Assembly (NCBI RefSeq): GCF_902713615.1
Contig: NC_052169.1
Location: forward strand, 20,018,526 to 20,082,525
Length of the DNA stretch: 64,000 nucleotides
Reading direction: 5' to 3'
From: Scyliorhinus canicula
Lineage: Eukaryota
The position numbers and the translations under genes are program-made. The notes under the pieces are model-generated. The model ran no database searches. It was not told the DNA's origin and saw nothing but the letters and a program-made list of their open reading frames with translations. This document shows positions 38,391 through 51,163 of this stretch, piece by piece (position 1 is the first letter of the stretch; every line of letters starts with the position of its first letter).

Positions 38391-39904
38391 CAGTGCAGAA
38401 GGAGGCCACTCGGCCCATCAGGTCTGCACCGACCCTCTGAAAGAGCATTCCATCTAGGCCATTGTTACTCACCTCTTTGGCAAATAGTGAATTGGCACTA
38501 ACCAAGGAAGTAAAGTGCCCACAACCATCAAACTTCCTTACTCTGTTTGCCATCTTACCAACAATACACATAATAATCGTTTATTGTCACAAGTTGGCTT
38601 CAATGAAGTTACTGTGAAAAGCCCCTAACCGCCACATAACGGCGCCTGTTCGGGGAGGCCGGTACGGGAATTGAACCTGCTGGCCTTATTCTGCATTACA
38701 AGCCAGCTGTTTAGCCCACTGTACTAAACCAACCCCTGATAAAGGTCAAAGTGCAAATACATACAGTGCAAATATGAACATTGTTGTTTCCAAGATGGCG
38801 CTGGAGTCTGATAACTCTCTGCAAACTCCCCCCAACAAATGTCTTCCTACATCTTTTATAACCGTTCTAACCTTTTAAACCTTAATTCTAACATTTAAAA
38901 AAATAAATTTAGAGTACCCAATTATTTTTTTCCAATTAAGGGGCAATTTAGCGTGGCCAATCCACCTACCCTGCACATCTTTGGGTTGTGGGGGTGAAAC
39001 CCACGCAGACACGGGGAGAATGTGCAAACTCCACATGGACAGTGACCTGGGGCTGGGATTCGAACCCAGGTCCTGAAAACTGTAGGCAGCAGTGCTATCC
39101 ACTGCACCACCGTGCCACCCATAATTCTAACATTAATATAATCACTAACCATGTTCTTTTACGTTTCACTGTATTATGTTTATGTATTTACATAGCGCAT
39201 TTATTGTATAATCTATGATTTCATGTATGGAACAATCTGTCTGGACTGCACTCAGAACAATACTGTTCACTTTACCTCGGTACACGTGACAATAAATCTA
39301 AATCTAAATTGAGATCACATGGCCAACCATGGCATTTAGAACTCAGTTGTTATTTATCAATCAAAAATGCATTTGTTCACATCTGGATTCCCAGTTAGGC
39401 TACATGCAGGTCATGCATTGGATAACCCTGCTCCAATGTACTACGGAGGGAGTGCTGGTTTGCAACGGCACCACCCTTCACAAGTCACAAATTCAGGGTC
39501 ATTGTTAATGCCGGTTCTGATTGGCGTTAACAAATTCATGGAGGGCAGCATGGTGACACAGTGGTTAGCATTGCTGCCTGGGGCGCTGAGGACCCGGGTT
39601 CGAATCCCGGCCCTGGGTAACTGTCTGTGTGGAGTTTGCACATTCTCCCCGTGTCTGCGTGGTTTCGCCCCCACAACCCAAAAGATGTGCAGGATAGGTG
39701 GATTGGCCACGCTAAATTGCCCCTTAATTGGAAAAGGTAATTGGGTACTCTAAATTTATAAAGATAAAAAAACAAATTCATGGAACCATTCCAAAAGGCA
39801 AAACATGTTCTCCCAGTGCTTCAGCTGATATTTCACCTTCACCCTTACCACCTGTTTAATTGGTTTGCCATCTTTCTTTTTCATCCTATTGTTATTCAGC
39901 AATT

Positions 39905-42900
39905 TTATTAAATGGCTAATGTCTCAACCATTGAGAGGGAGGAACTCAGGAAAATGACAGTCACCAGAGAAGTGGCAGTGAGTAAATTGTTGGAGGTGTG
40001 GGCTGACAAGAGCCTGGGTCCTGGAGGACCTCATCCGAGGGGCTTAAAAGAAATGGTTAATGAGATAGTTAATGCACTGATTTTAATTTTCTCAAACTCC
40101 CTGGGTCCGGGGAAAGTCCCAATGGAAGGTAACAAATGTAACTCCATTCTTCAAAAAGGGAGGGAGACAGAAAGGAAACTTCTGTCGTAGGGAAAATGTT
40201 CAACGCTGTTATTCAAGACGTTATAGCAGGGCACTTGGATAAGCTCACAGTGATAAGGCCGGGTCAATATGATTTTGTGAATAGGAAATCATGTTTAGCC
40301 AACTTTTTGGAGTTTATTGATGAAGTAATATATGCTGTGGATCAAGTAACATGTGCTTTGGATGTACTGCACTGTAGTTAGATTTCCAGAAGGCATTTGA
40401 CAAAGTGCCACAGCAAAGGTTATTGTGAAAAGCTCATGTTATTGGGGCAACATATTGGCATTGAAAGATTGGCTGGCTGGCAAGAAGCAGAGTCTAGGCA
40501 TAAATGGGTCATTTTCAGGTTGGCAAGATGCAACTAGTGGTGTGCCACAGGGGTCAGTGTTGGGACCTCAACTGTTTACAATCAGTATAAATGACTTGGA
40601 TGAAGGGATGGTTGCCAAATTTGCTGATGACACAATGCTAGGTAGGAAATCAAGTTATGAAGAGGAGGTTACAAAAATATAAGGTAAGTGAGTGGGCAAC
40701 ATTGTGACAAATCATAGAATTTACAGTGCAGAAGGAGGCCGTTTGGCCCATCGAGTCTGCACGGACCCACTGAAAGAGCACTCTACCTAAGCCCACGCCT
40801 CTACCCTATCCCCGTAATCCAGTAACCACACCTAACTTTGGACGCTATGGGGCAATTTAGCATGGCCAATCCATCTAACCTGCACATCTTTGGACTGTGG
40901 GAGGAAATTGGAGCACCCGGAGGAAACCCACACAGACACGGGGAGAAAGTGCAAACTCCACACAGTCACCCGAGGCTGGAATTCAACCCGTGTCCCTGGA
41001 GCTGTGAGGCAGCAGTTTTGTGCCACTGTGCCGTCCTACGGAATATAATGTGGGAAAATGTGAAGTTGTCCATTTTGGCGAGAAGAATAAAAAAAGACTT
41101 ATTATGTAAATGGTGAGTGATTGCAGAGCTCTGACATGAAGCGGAAGCTGAGTGTCCTAGGGCATGAATCACAAAAGGCTCGTATGCAGGTACAGTGATT
41201 AATTAGGAAAGCTAATAGAATGTTGGTGAAGTGGCAGATAATGTTGAGGATTGTCAGAGGATACAGCAGGACATAGATAGGTTGGAGACTTGGGCAGAGA
41301 AATGGCAAATGGAGTTTAATCCAGACAAATGTGAGGTAATGCATTTTGATAGGTCAAACATGGAGGGAAAATATACCGTAAATGGCAAACCTCTTAGGAA
41401 TATAGAAAGTCAGAGAGTTCTGGACGTGCAGGTCCACAGATCTTTGAAAGTGGCAACACAAGTGGACAAGGTAGTCAAAAAAACATACGGAATGCCTGCC
41501 TTCATTGGACGGGGCATCGAGTATAAAAACTGGCAAGTCATGCTACAGTTGTACAGAACCGTGGTAAGGCCACACTTGGAATATTGCGCACAATTCTGGT
41601 CACCACACTACCAGAAGGATGTGGAGGCTTTCGAGAGGGTGCAGAGGAAGTTGACCAGGATGTTGGCTGATCTGGAGGGTGTTAGCTATGCGAAGAGGCT
41701 GAATAGACTCAGACTGTCTTCATCAGAACAACGGAGGTTGTGGGGTGACCTGTAGAGGTCTACAAGATGGATAGAGTGGATGGCAGGCACTCTTTCCCAG
41801 GATGAAGGGGTCAGTCACCAGAGGGCATAGGTTTAAGGTCTGTGGGGCAAAGTTTAGAGGAGATGTGCAAGGCAGGTTTTTTACACAGAGGGTGGTAAGT
41901 GCCTGGAACACGTTGCCAAGGGAGGTTGTGGAAGAAGATACATTAACGGCGTTCAAAAGGCATCTTGACAAATACATGGATAGGATGGGTATAGAGGGAT
42001 ATGGCACAAGGAAGTGCTGAGGGTTTTGGCCAAGGTTGATATCATGACCGGTACAAGCTTGGAGGGCCTGTTCCTGTGCTGAATTGTTTTTTGTATGAAT
42101 ACAAAAGTAGGGAGGTTGGGGCAGCAGGGTAGCATGGTGGTTAGCATAAATGCTTCACAGCTCCAGGGTCCCAGGTTCGATTCCCGGCTGGGTCACTGTC
42201 TGTGTGGAGTCTGCACGTCCTCCCCCTGTGTGCGTGGGTTTCCTCCGGGTGCTCCGGTTTCCTCCCACAGTCCAAAGATGTGCGGGTTAGGTGGATTGGC
42301 CATGCTAAAATTGCCCGTAGTGTCCTAATAAAAGTAAGGTTGGGGGGGGGGGGTTGTTGGGTTATGGGTATAGGGTGGATACGTGGGTTTGAGTAGGGTG
42401 ATCATGGCTCGGCACAACATTGAGGGCCGAAGGGCCTGTTCTGTGCTGTACTGTTCTATGTTCTATGTTATGCTTCAGTTATACAGAGCACTATTCAGAC
42501 CACATATGGAATACTGTGTACATTATTGGTTACTTTATTTAAGGACAGATGTAAATGATAATAATAAACTTTATTAGTGTCACTCGTAGGCTTACATTAA
42601 CACTGCAACAAAGTCACTGTGAAAAGCCACACTCCGGCGTCTGTTGGGGTACACTGAGGGAGAATTCAGAAAGTCCAATTCACCGAACAGCACTTCTTTT
42701 GGGACGTGTGGGAGGAAACCAGAGCACCCGGAGGAAACCCATGCAGATGCGGGGAGAATGTGAATCGAACCCGGGTCCCAGGCACTGTGAAGCAACAGTG
42801 AGTTGGAACCAGTTCAGAGAAGGTTTACCAGGCAAATATCTGGAATGGATTGATTATCTCCTGAGGAAAGGTTGGACCAGCTTTGCATCCACTTGAGTTT

Positions 42901-43285
42901 AGAAGAGTAAGAGGCGACAGATTGGAACATACAAAATCCCGAGGTGTCTTGACAGGGTGGATGTGGAGAGGTGTTACCTCCTATGGGAGAATCTAGATCT
43001 AGGGGGTCACTGTTTAAAAATAGGGGATCGCCCATTTAAAATGAAGATGAGGCAAAATTATTCCACTCGAGTTGAGTCTTTGGAACGCCCTTCTTGAAAA
43101 GGTAGTGGAAGCAGAGTTTTTGAATACTTTGAACATAAAGGTAGATAGATTCTTGGTGAGATAGGGATCATAGGTTATTAGCGGCCGGCAGGTGGAATGC
43201 AGATTTGAGGTTCCTATCAGATCAGCCATGATCTTCTTAAATGGCAAAGCAGGCGCGAGGGGCTATTGGTCTACTGCTCCTTGTT
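39905..43285 (+). mobile_element. Nested CR1/HER1 LINE ORF2 fossils (outer CR1, inner CR1 about 41228-42090, three SINE insertions)
   Basis: RT motifs ([51 protein letters not shown]) with stops and frameshifts. Confidence 0.9.
42119..42468 (+). mobile_element. Young HE1 subfamily copy with a second CR1-type tail (siblings at 55346-55683 and 28204-28545)
   Basis: Tail ggcacaacattgagggccgaagggcctgttctgtgctgtactgttctatg; nearly identical to the 55346 copy. Confidence 0.88.
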
Positions 43286-44479
43286 TGTGTGTTGTTAAAC
43301 TGTCTTAAGGGTGCTGGAAATAGATTAATTAATGTTTTCCTCAAGATAATTGGAGAATTACTTGAAGGAGAAAACTTTGCAGCCTGTCACAGGGAAGGGA
43401 AGCGGGGCTAATTAGTTAACTTATCAGAGCCAGCATGGGTATGACAGGCCAAATGGCAGTATCCTCCTCTGCTCCGAACAAACCACAGAGGAAATAGACA
43501 TTGGAGCTTCGCTGCATGCATTTCATACCACCATATTTAACAAGAAGCATTCCGTCAATTACACCATCCTTGTTTGCACTTTCGTCTGACTCCCATCCAG
43601 CTCCAAATATAGATATATTAAAGATCTTCGACACACCATCTAAATGGCTTTACTCTCTGCGACGTTCTATCTCATTTTGCTGAAAATAATCTGTTTCAAA
43701 GAAAACAGCATCTCGCCACAAGCAATGCAGGGGATGCCTGCCAAAATTAACATCAACGGGCAATTTTTTATTTTAAAGCCAACCACAATGTAGTATTGTG
43801 ACTGGTTTTAAACACCTGCGTTACAGAGTGTATGTTTAACGGTCGTATTATGTTGCCTGGTGTGCTGATTCAAATGGGGAAATGTAAAACATGATGCTTG
43901 GATTAAATTTTTTTTTTAAATCAGTCACAGCGCCAAGGTCACTGTTCGTGTGGAGTTTCCACATTCTATCGTGTCTGCATGGGTCTCACACCCCCCACCC
44001 CAACCCAAAGATGTGCAGGGTAGGTGGATAGGCAATTCTTTTGAGGTCTACCAACAAACAGAAGTAAACAGACTTGAGGGACAAAGCAAAAAAAGGGGCA
44101 CTGCCCGAACATAACTAAGATCAACAAAAACTTAAAAACATCAAATAAAGAGGTCAATGAAGCACCAAAACCCCTGTGGTGCCCACTGGGCACGGAAGAC
44201 GAGGTGGATAGGCCCTTTAATTGGGGGGGGGGGGGGGGGGGGGGAACAATTGGGTACCCTAAATTTTAAAATAAAAATGTAAAACAAAAACAAATCAGAG
44301 ATTGAATTACATGATAAATAAATAATCAGGGATTGGGGGAATTCGTTGCATTTTGAAACTTTGCTCAAATTTGGTCCTGCAATTGAGCCGCATGGGCGCC
44401 TCTTCATTGTATTAGGTAAAACTAAACCTACAATTAGCCCCACCATGTCGGCAAACAAAGGGCTGGAAGGAAAGAAATG

Positions 44480-44760
44480 TCCCGCCAATTCGCGGAGCTC
44501 CCCATTGGTCCGCACGCCCTGTCAATCATTGCCAATCCGCCAGCCCATTGGATAGCCCCGGTCAGGCGGTTAACCAATCGGTTTGCAGCCAATGCGTCCG
44601 TCGATCCCATTGGTTCGCCCATCCGACAGGCCCACGCTCGAAGCGGCGGGATAGGGCGAGAGCCGCCAATGGCGGGGCGCCGCAGTGGGGATTGGCTGTT
44701 CGAGGAAAGGCGCGAGAGCGGCGGCACGTTTAAAAAGCGGGAGGCGCGAGCGCGGCCCGT
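44480..44760 (+). promoter_or_regulatory. PCLAF cell-cycle promoter: 9 CCAAT boxes, E2F-like sites, CDE/CHR
   Basis: CCAAT/ATTGG at 44485, 44504, 44532, 44547, 44574, 44589, 44609, 44666, 44691; GGCGG(44720-24)-4 nt-TTTAAA(44729-34); TCCCGCC and GCGGGA E2F-like sites; CpG island continues to about 45240. Confidence 0.8.
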
Positions 44761-44779
44761 TAGCGCCTCACTGGCCAAC

Positions 44780-44834
44780 ATGGTTCGCACCAAAGCCGAT
44801 GGCCCGTCCGCTTCCACCGGCTCCTATAGGAAGG
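44780..44834 (+). CDS. PCLAF: PCLAF coding exon 1 (MVRTKADGPSASTGSYRK)
   Basis: Diagnostic MVRTKAD N-terminus; gccaacATGG Kozak context; G|gtaaga donor; 55 nt. Confidence 0.96.
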
Positions 44835-47800
44835 GTAAGAGAGTAGGAAGCGGGGGGGGATACATGGGATTCGGTTAGGAGGTGCGGGCGGTATGTACCG
44901 GGAGGAGGGGGGTCTTTACCTTCGGGCAGTCTTTGTCCCACCGCTGAGTGCGGTCGGGGGTGACAGCGGGGCGGCCACCATTTGCCGCCGCTTCCTTTCT
45001 CCTCAGGCCCGGCGCGCGTGGTGCTGGGGCCTGTCGGCGGCCAGGAATTGCCCCCCACCTTTAAAGGGGACGTCTGGTGCGCGGCATCTCCGGTTAAAGG
45101 GGATGTCTCCCGGGTGTTTTTTTTTGGCGGGAGGTGTGACTTTTGGCGCCAGGCTGCGCACCGGATGCTCCCTCGGTTCCCGGTTGCACCCCAAAACCCG
45201 CTCTTCCTCACCCGGAACACCGTACTGATCGAGCGATGGGGTTTTAGTCAGAAACTGTCACTTTTAATTATTAAATAACAATCTGCATTCTGAAAGTGAT
45301 CAACGCCCCCTGGGGGGGTTTCAGCAAGGGCACTGTTGAATCGAAAAGTCACGTTAGGACAGATGAACCAGGTGTTTAGTCCCAAGAGGTGATTTTTTTT
45401 TTTGTGGGTGCGGGAAAATAAAACTACAGATGTTGAACATATGAAACCAACAGAACATGCTGGAAGTACTCGGCAGACAGGACAGCTGAAGGGTTTAACT
45501 CTCGCATTAGTTAGCTCCCGAATAACTTCAACAGATCTGGGCAGGGGACATGTTCCTCCTTGGCATACTTTTGATTTGAACATTTTAAATATTGGGGACG
45601 GATGGGAGATGTGTAATGAAGCCTTCATTAATATGATCAATCAAAGTTGGCAGCATCTGGAGAGAGGAAAACTTTTTCACATATTTTGGTTCTGGAATGT
45701 GCTGCCTGGATATTGGGTGGAAGCATGTTCAATGTTTCTATTGAAGTAATCAATGTGCAGGGTGGTGCAATGGTTAGCATTGTTGCTGAGACACAGGTTT
45801 GATCCTGGGTCAATGTCCCTGTGGAGTTTGCACATTCTCTGTGTCTGTATGGGTCTCACACCCACAGCCCAAAGATGTGCAGGGTAGGGGGATTGGTCAT
45901 GCTAAATTACCCCTTAATTGTGATGGGGGAAGAGTTGGGTACTCTGATGTGCTGGGGAATGGTGCCTTTACAGCCTTTATGCTCATTTGGAGAGCCAATG
46001 CAATGGGCCTCCTGTGCCCTTGAGATTCTGTGAACCAGGTAGTGTTTCAGATCACTTTCCTCTCTGGATAAGTTGATGTGCGTGGTTGCGCTTGGGGGGT
46101 GGGAAATGATGACAAACAAGGCAAGGTCTCGTAGGGTGGAGGAGCGATTAAATGATTTAAAGTTACATGCTTTAAAAATGTTCAGGTGAGGGCTGGATAG
46201 CAGCCATTTGAATGCTGGTTAAAGGGACTCATTTTTTAAAGAGCAGAACCGAACCAGTGAGGAAGGACATGTACAAGATGGAGGTTATGATTTAAAATCA
46301 TTGTATGTTTAGTCCAATGTTTGCTGAGCCAAATTATGTTTAGGGTAGATTTTCAAGAGGCTCTTGCAAGACTGGTTTATCAAGGTAATCAGAGTTGAAG
46401 TCTTGACCTGGCCCCATGGAGCACTTAGAATTGAGGGGTATGGAGATCTTGGCAGGTTGTGGGGATAAACTAATATTTTCTCATGGTTGTAATGATGCTT
46501 GGGATCATGATGTGTCCAATATGTAACAATGGAGAGGTGGCTGTGAAAATGTGCTTTCCTATTCAGGCAAGAATATAAATCATGCAATGTATTTGGCAGA
46601 TGTTGTGTGACATTGCAGTAGCTGTTGTGCAGGATTTTCTCTGGCTTTGTCAGGAATAAAAGAGGCAAGGATCTAACCTCTTTAGAGCTAGATATACCAT
46701 TATGGCATGTCTGTGAAGACTAGGCCATTCTTGATTCTGTCCTGATGTCTCCTTTGGCTCATGCTGTCAGCTATAAGTAAACTCGCTGATCTGAGCCTTA
46801 AATTTTTGTTAATCAAGCATCCACAACGTTGAAAGCTTTCAAACATAGTATCTTTAACATGTATCCCAATCACAGGACTTCAGTCAAAATTGTCAACTTT
46901 ATACTGAATGAATCATTTAGGACAACTGATCAGGAACTTGTATTAAGAGATGGAGGTAACAAGGACTTCCAGTGCTTGGATCCTAAACAACTGAAGGTGG
47001 CAATGAATGAATGAATCTAAGGAAGGCCAACATTAGAGGGATGCAGAATAAAGTGCAGGGCTGGAGGTGTGAGCTCATGGAGGGATTGGAACCCAGGTGT
47101 GAGGCTTTTCAATCTGAGCATTGATGGATGAGTGAGCACCTGGGTGAATGGCACTGTACAGATACTGTATTGACATTAGAATGGTATACTCTGCTTGTGC
47201 TCAAGTATTGTTATATGAATTTGTTGGGTCCTAGCTATGCCTGGTCTTTGTGACATCAGCCATGTCCTCTCCCCTGCAATGGACAATTTGATTCTCTTGC
47301 CTTTAAATGGTCTATCTCTGGCTCCTTGGATTGTTGTCCCCATTCCCACACCCGAAGCCCAATGTCTCCTACAACTATCTAGCTGCTTCCTGTAAGGACT
47401 GTTTATTTGTCTCTTCTGTTTTGACACTATTGTATTCTATTGTACTTCTGATATGCCTTGCTTTTTCCTGCAGGGCAGACCAGTCTGTTCTTTCCTTTAC
47501 TTGTACCCTCCCAGAACCATGAAATGTTCTTCGCCTTCCATTCCGTGTGAGGCACAATCATCAATGCTGCCTTCCTCCCAGCATGGAGTACTGTTCATTC
47601 TGTGACACTCTAGCTTCCTCTCGGTTGCCTCTCTTCAAATGGTGATACAATTGCTGCCCTTTTATCTCCTTCACACGTCCACGGTCTTGACACTCTTGAT
47701 TTGCTTGTACCCCTGCACCAGATCTTGTGGTCTCCTACGTGCTGTTGGTAATGATTTTGTAATCCGAGGCAGGCCAACAGCACTGTTCAATTCCTGTATC

Positions 47801-48183
47801 AGCCTCCCCGAACAGGTGCTGGGTCAGTGGTCCAATGATTATGGTGTGTATTGACCTCTGTGCACAAAACTTTTTGGTGTAATTTTTGTTTGTCGATTTT
47901 CCCCTTTTTCTCCTGACACCCTTCTCTTTCCACTCCTTCAATATTTTATCCTTTTGAATGTTTCTTGCTTAAAACAAATGTTCATGTCTTGAATTTGTTC
48001 CTCCATATTGAGAGTCACTGCCACACAGGTCCTGCTGGTCAAGCTTCTGCTTGGGTTCAGAATTAACTTGACAAATGGATGCTGAATTTGCATGTGGGGT
48101 TTTTGCAAATTGTTCTGTTGCATTTGGTGTTTACAACATCTAGCTGTGGCAAAGACACTCATACAGTTATTTTCTCTCAACAG

Positions 48184-48264
48184 CTGTGGCTGCTAGAGCA
48201 CCCAGGAAGGCGCTTGGATGTGCAAGTACAGCCAACAACTTGCTAACATCACCTGGGAAAAAGG
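48184..48264 (+). CDS. PCLAF: PCLAF coding exon 2 (AVAARAPRKALGCASTANNLLTSPGKK)
   Basis: caacag| acceptor, G|gtatgt donor, 81 nt; histone-H3-like AARAPRK motif. Confidence 0.96.
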
Positions 48265-49081
48265 GTATGTATTGACCTCAATTTCGTGAGCAAAATATCC
48301 CAGATATATTTAACTACTGACTGGCTGGTACTGTGGTGGATAAATCATAAGGCAAGTCTAAGCACAAAATGATGGGAGCTATGGTTTTTAAGTGTGTAGA
48401 CGTGCATGGGATTTTGAATTATTTTGTTTCAGTGCCCAGTCATCTATGATAGCCATAAGAAGGTAAACAAAGTTATTTCCCTTTGAGCTTTTTAATGTGG
48501 AAGTGTTTGTTGCAGCAATGATTGTCTGAATGCAACCTAATCAGATCTGTTTCAAAGTACTTAGACTTCACTGACATGATCTTGAAGGCTGATATCAAAT
48601 TGCATGTAGCTTTGGATTTTCACTTTCCACTAGAAGCTCTTTTGGGCAGATTATCAACAAATGCATTTTGATTTGCTTTGTTTTGGGTCCTATTAAAGGG
48701 AAAACGATTGGGGATTGATTTCTTAACTTGTAGGCGTCCCATTTTAAAGTAATAGTATGCATTCAACTCTTTCTGTCTTCAATGTTGAAGATGAAAAATC
48801 TGTTGGCTCAGTTTAATTCTGTGCAGATAATTAATAGAGGACAACATTTGAGTGACAGCATGCAGGGCTAGCAAGACGAGTGAATATTGTGTGGAAGATG
48901 TGCATATTAAATTCAATTTGTGCCATAGCTCACTGGCTTAACAGCTCTAAAGGCCCTTCTTTCAATCAATGTTTTGGGATAGTTAGTGAATTTCACCTAC
49001 CTCAATCTTTTGGGAGATATCTTTACGATATTTGGGAAGAATTTAAACTCTGGTTGACAGGAGTTGTTTTATGCTTAATAG

Positions 49082-49253
49082 AAGGCAAATATGCTGGTGG
49101 GAACCCAGTGTGTCCAAGACCAACCCCAAAGTGGCAGAAAGGGATTGGTGAATTTTTTGGTGGTCCTTCCAAGCAGCCTGAGAAGGAGAATACTGTACCC
49201 TCGGATGATGAAGCCAGTAGCTGCAAGGCTGGAACAAGCAAAGCTCCAAGAAG
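49082..49253 (+). CDS. PCLAF: PCLAF coding exon 3 with PIP box QKGIGEFF and KEN box
   Basis: GKYAGGNPVCPRPTPKWQKGIGEFF...EKEN; taatag| acceptor, AG|gtgagt donor, 172 nt. Confidence 0.97.
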
Positions 49254-50729
49254 GTGAGTTTTAACATGGTCACCTTTTCCAAAAAGGCACTGGCAGGCTA
49301 CATTTTTAGTTTGTGGTATGGTTCTTTGGGATGTAGTGTTCTTGGTTTCATGATTCTCCCTGCTCAAAGCTCCACAGGGGAAAGGTATTAACTGATCTTG
49401 TCCAGGATCACAAATCTCCAGTTGCCAATAACAGGATAGCAATGAAGTATGGCAGCCATGACTTGTTTCCCTGTCCTATTCTAGGATGCTGCAATCGGCA
49501 ACCTCTTGGCAGATATTGGTTAATTCAGCAAGGATCAAAGTTCTTTACTGCCCATTGGGATGCAGGTGGGGTGGAGATTGATATTTCAGGCACAGCATTA
49601 CAGCTTGGAATACAACATATTGAACAATTCAGGCATACTGACTTGAATATTTGAGTTTTAATATCCATCTCACAGATTTCTCCTGCAAACTATTCTGGAA
49701 TGCACAGATATCAAATATGGAAATGATTTGCTCTTGGATGTGTTCTTAATTCTTGGCAAAACAGCAATATTTTGTAGTAGCCCAGCATTTGGAATCACTT
49801 GTTGCTAATGTCAAAAGAATCTCTGGACCCAGTGATATAATTCTTGTGACATTGTTTGGGGGAAGCTAAATTGCTACTGAGGTCAATTTCAAGATTTCCT
49901 GGTCTGTGGCAGCACTGTTTGAAAGCATTGTTTTGTTTCACTTGGTCTAATTTCTGTCATGAGTGGAGAGAAAGGGAGAAACGCTGGACCTTTTTTGAGA
50001 ATAACTGATTCAAGTGTGTCAAATTCTTCAGGGAAATTCTTAGACCAATTGTCAGTAAACCACCTACTTTCAGTGTTTTAAGGGCAATTTGATTTTTTTT
50101 ATTAGCTCCATTCACACCTGTCCATGTTGGCCTCCCAATAGGCCATGGAAACATCTCTGTCCACTTCGGGCTGTCCACCATTGTCAACAGCATATTTAAA
50201 TGCCATATTCATATATTTCACTGAATTGCCACCATAATAATAAAGTTGTTCAATATCAACATTGATTCTAAATGCATGACATGAATGTTCTGGTGGTCAC
50301 AGTTGATGAGAAGCATAAGTGGGCCAGACATATTCACAGACTTGGAACAGAGTCCACAAACTCCATGCAGTTCCCAAGGCCCCTGGTGCTGTGAGGCATT
50401 GTGGTGAAACATTATTCTGTGGCAACAAAATTATTAACGCTTCACACCATCAAAAACATTGCAGTTTGTTTCCACTGAATTCTCTATCTGACTCCTGGGA
50501 CATGCTCACCATTTCCTTTCTGGCTCAGTCATTTCATTTTTGCATCAAACACTGGGATTCTCCTATATTGTGAAACCATGATTGCTGCAATGATTCAATG
50601 AGGCCCCAATCACTAAACTGCACCCAAGCCACCATTTCCCAAGAACAAAATGTATTTTGAGGGAATGAGTTTTGGGCATATTCAGTGTTCTTGGAAGCAA
50701 TTTTATTTTTATCCATTTGTTACACCTAG

Positions 50730-50787
50730 GGTGCGTGTTCTGCCTGAGGATTCTTCAGAAGAAGCTGCATCAGAGGAAGAGAACTGA
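50730..50787 (+). CDS. PCLAF: PCLAF coding exon 4 (RVRVLPEDSSEEAASEEEN*)
   Basis: cctag| acceptor after a pyrimidine tract; phase 2 matches exon 3; acidic tail, TGA stop; total CDS 366 nt = 121 aa. Confidence 0.88.
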
Positions 50788-51157
50788 ACACCTCTTCAGT
50801 GAACATGTCTGATACTTGGAACTGATCTTCCTCCGTGTATATTTGTATATATGTCTATTGCTATGTAGTATGGATTTTAGTTGTTTTGTACAGAAATTTA
50901 ATAATACCAATTAAAAGCCATAATTATGGGACCCAATTCAAAACTTATTGGCTGAAATGTTTGGTCCAGGGCCAGTGGTACCCTCGGCTAAATAACAATT
51001 TAACATCTAATTACTGGATTTTGGGTTTCATAAAATCTTGTTTGTCCTCCTGGTTGGTGGGTGAGGTTGGACAGAAGAGATAACTGAATATTATCCATAA
51101 CCAGGTGTATCTTTAGTTGCCTTGTGTAGCTTTGCAATGTTGGTCTAAATGTTTTAT

Positions 51158-51163
51158 AATAAA
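51158..51163 (+). terminator. Candidate PCLAF polyadenylation signal AATAAA
   Basis: AATAAA about 370 nt after the stop in an AT-rich 3' UTR; an alternative ATTAAA lies at 50910. Confidence 0.55.

Noticed and set aside
41231-41755. 174-aa RT-like ORF as an active LINE
   Set aside because: 5'-truncated CR1 fragment without endonuclease or full RT, with a frameshift downstream
34424-44779. A single shared bidirectional promoter for TRIP4 and PCLAF
   Set aside because: Start codons are 10.4 kb apart and each gene has its own CpG-rich region
44141-45278. Overlapping ORFs around the PCLAF promoter, including the 133-aa ORF extending upstream of MVRTKAD
   Set aside because: Stop-poor GC-rich CpG island; the conserved protein starts at ATG 44780 and splices at 44834
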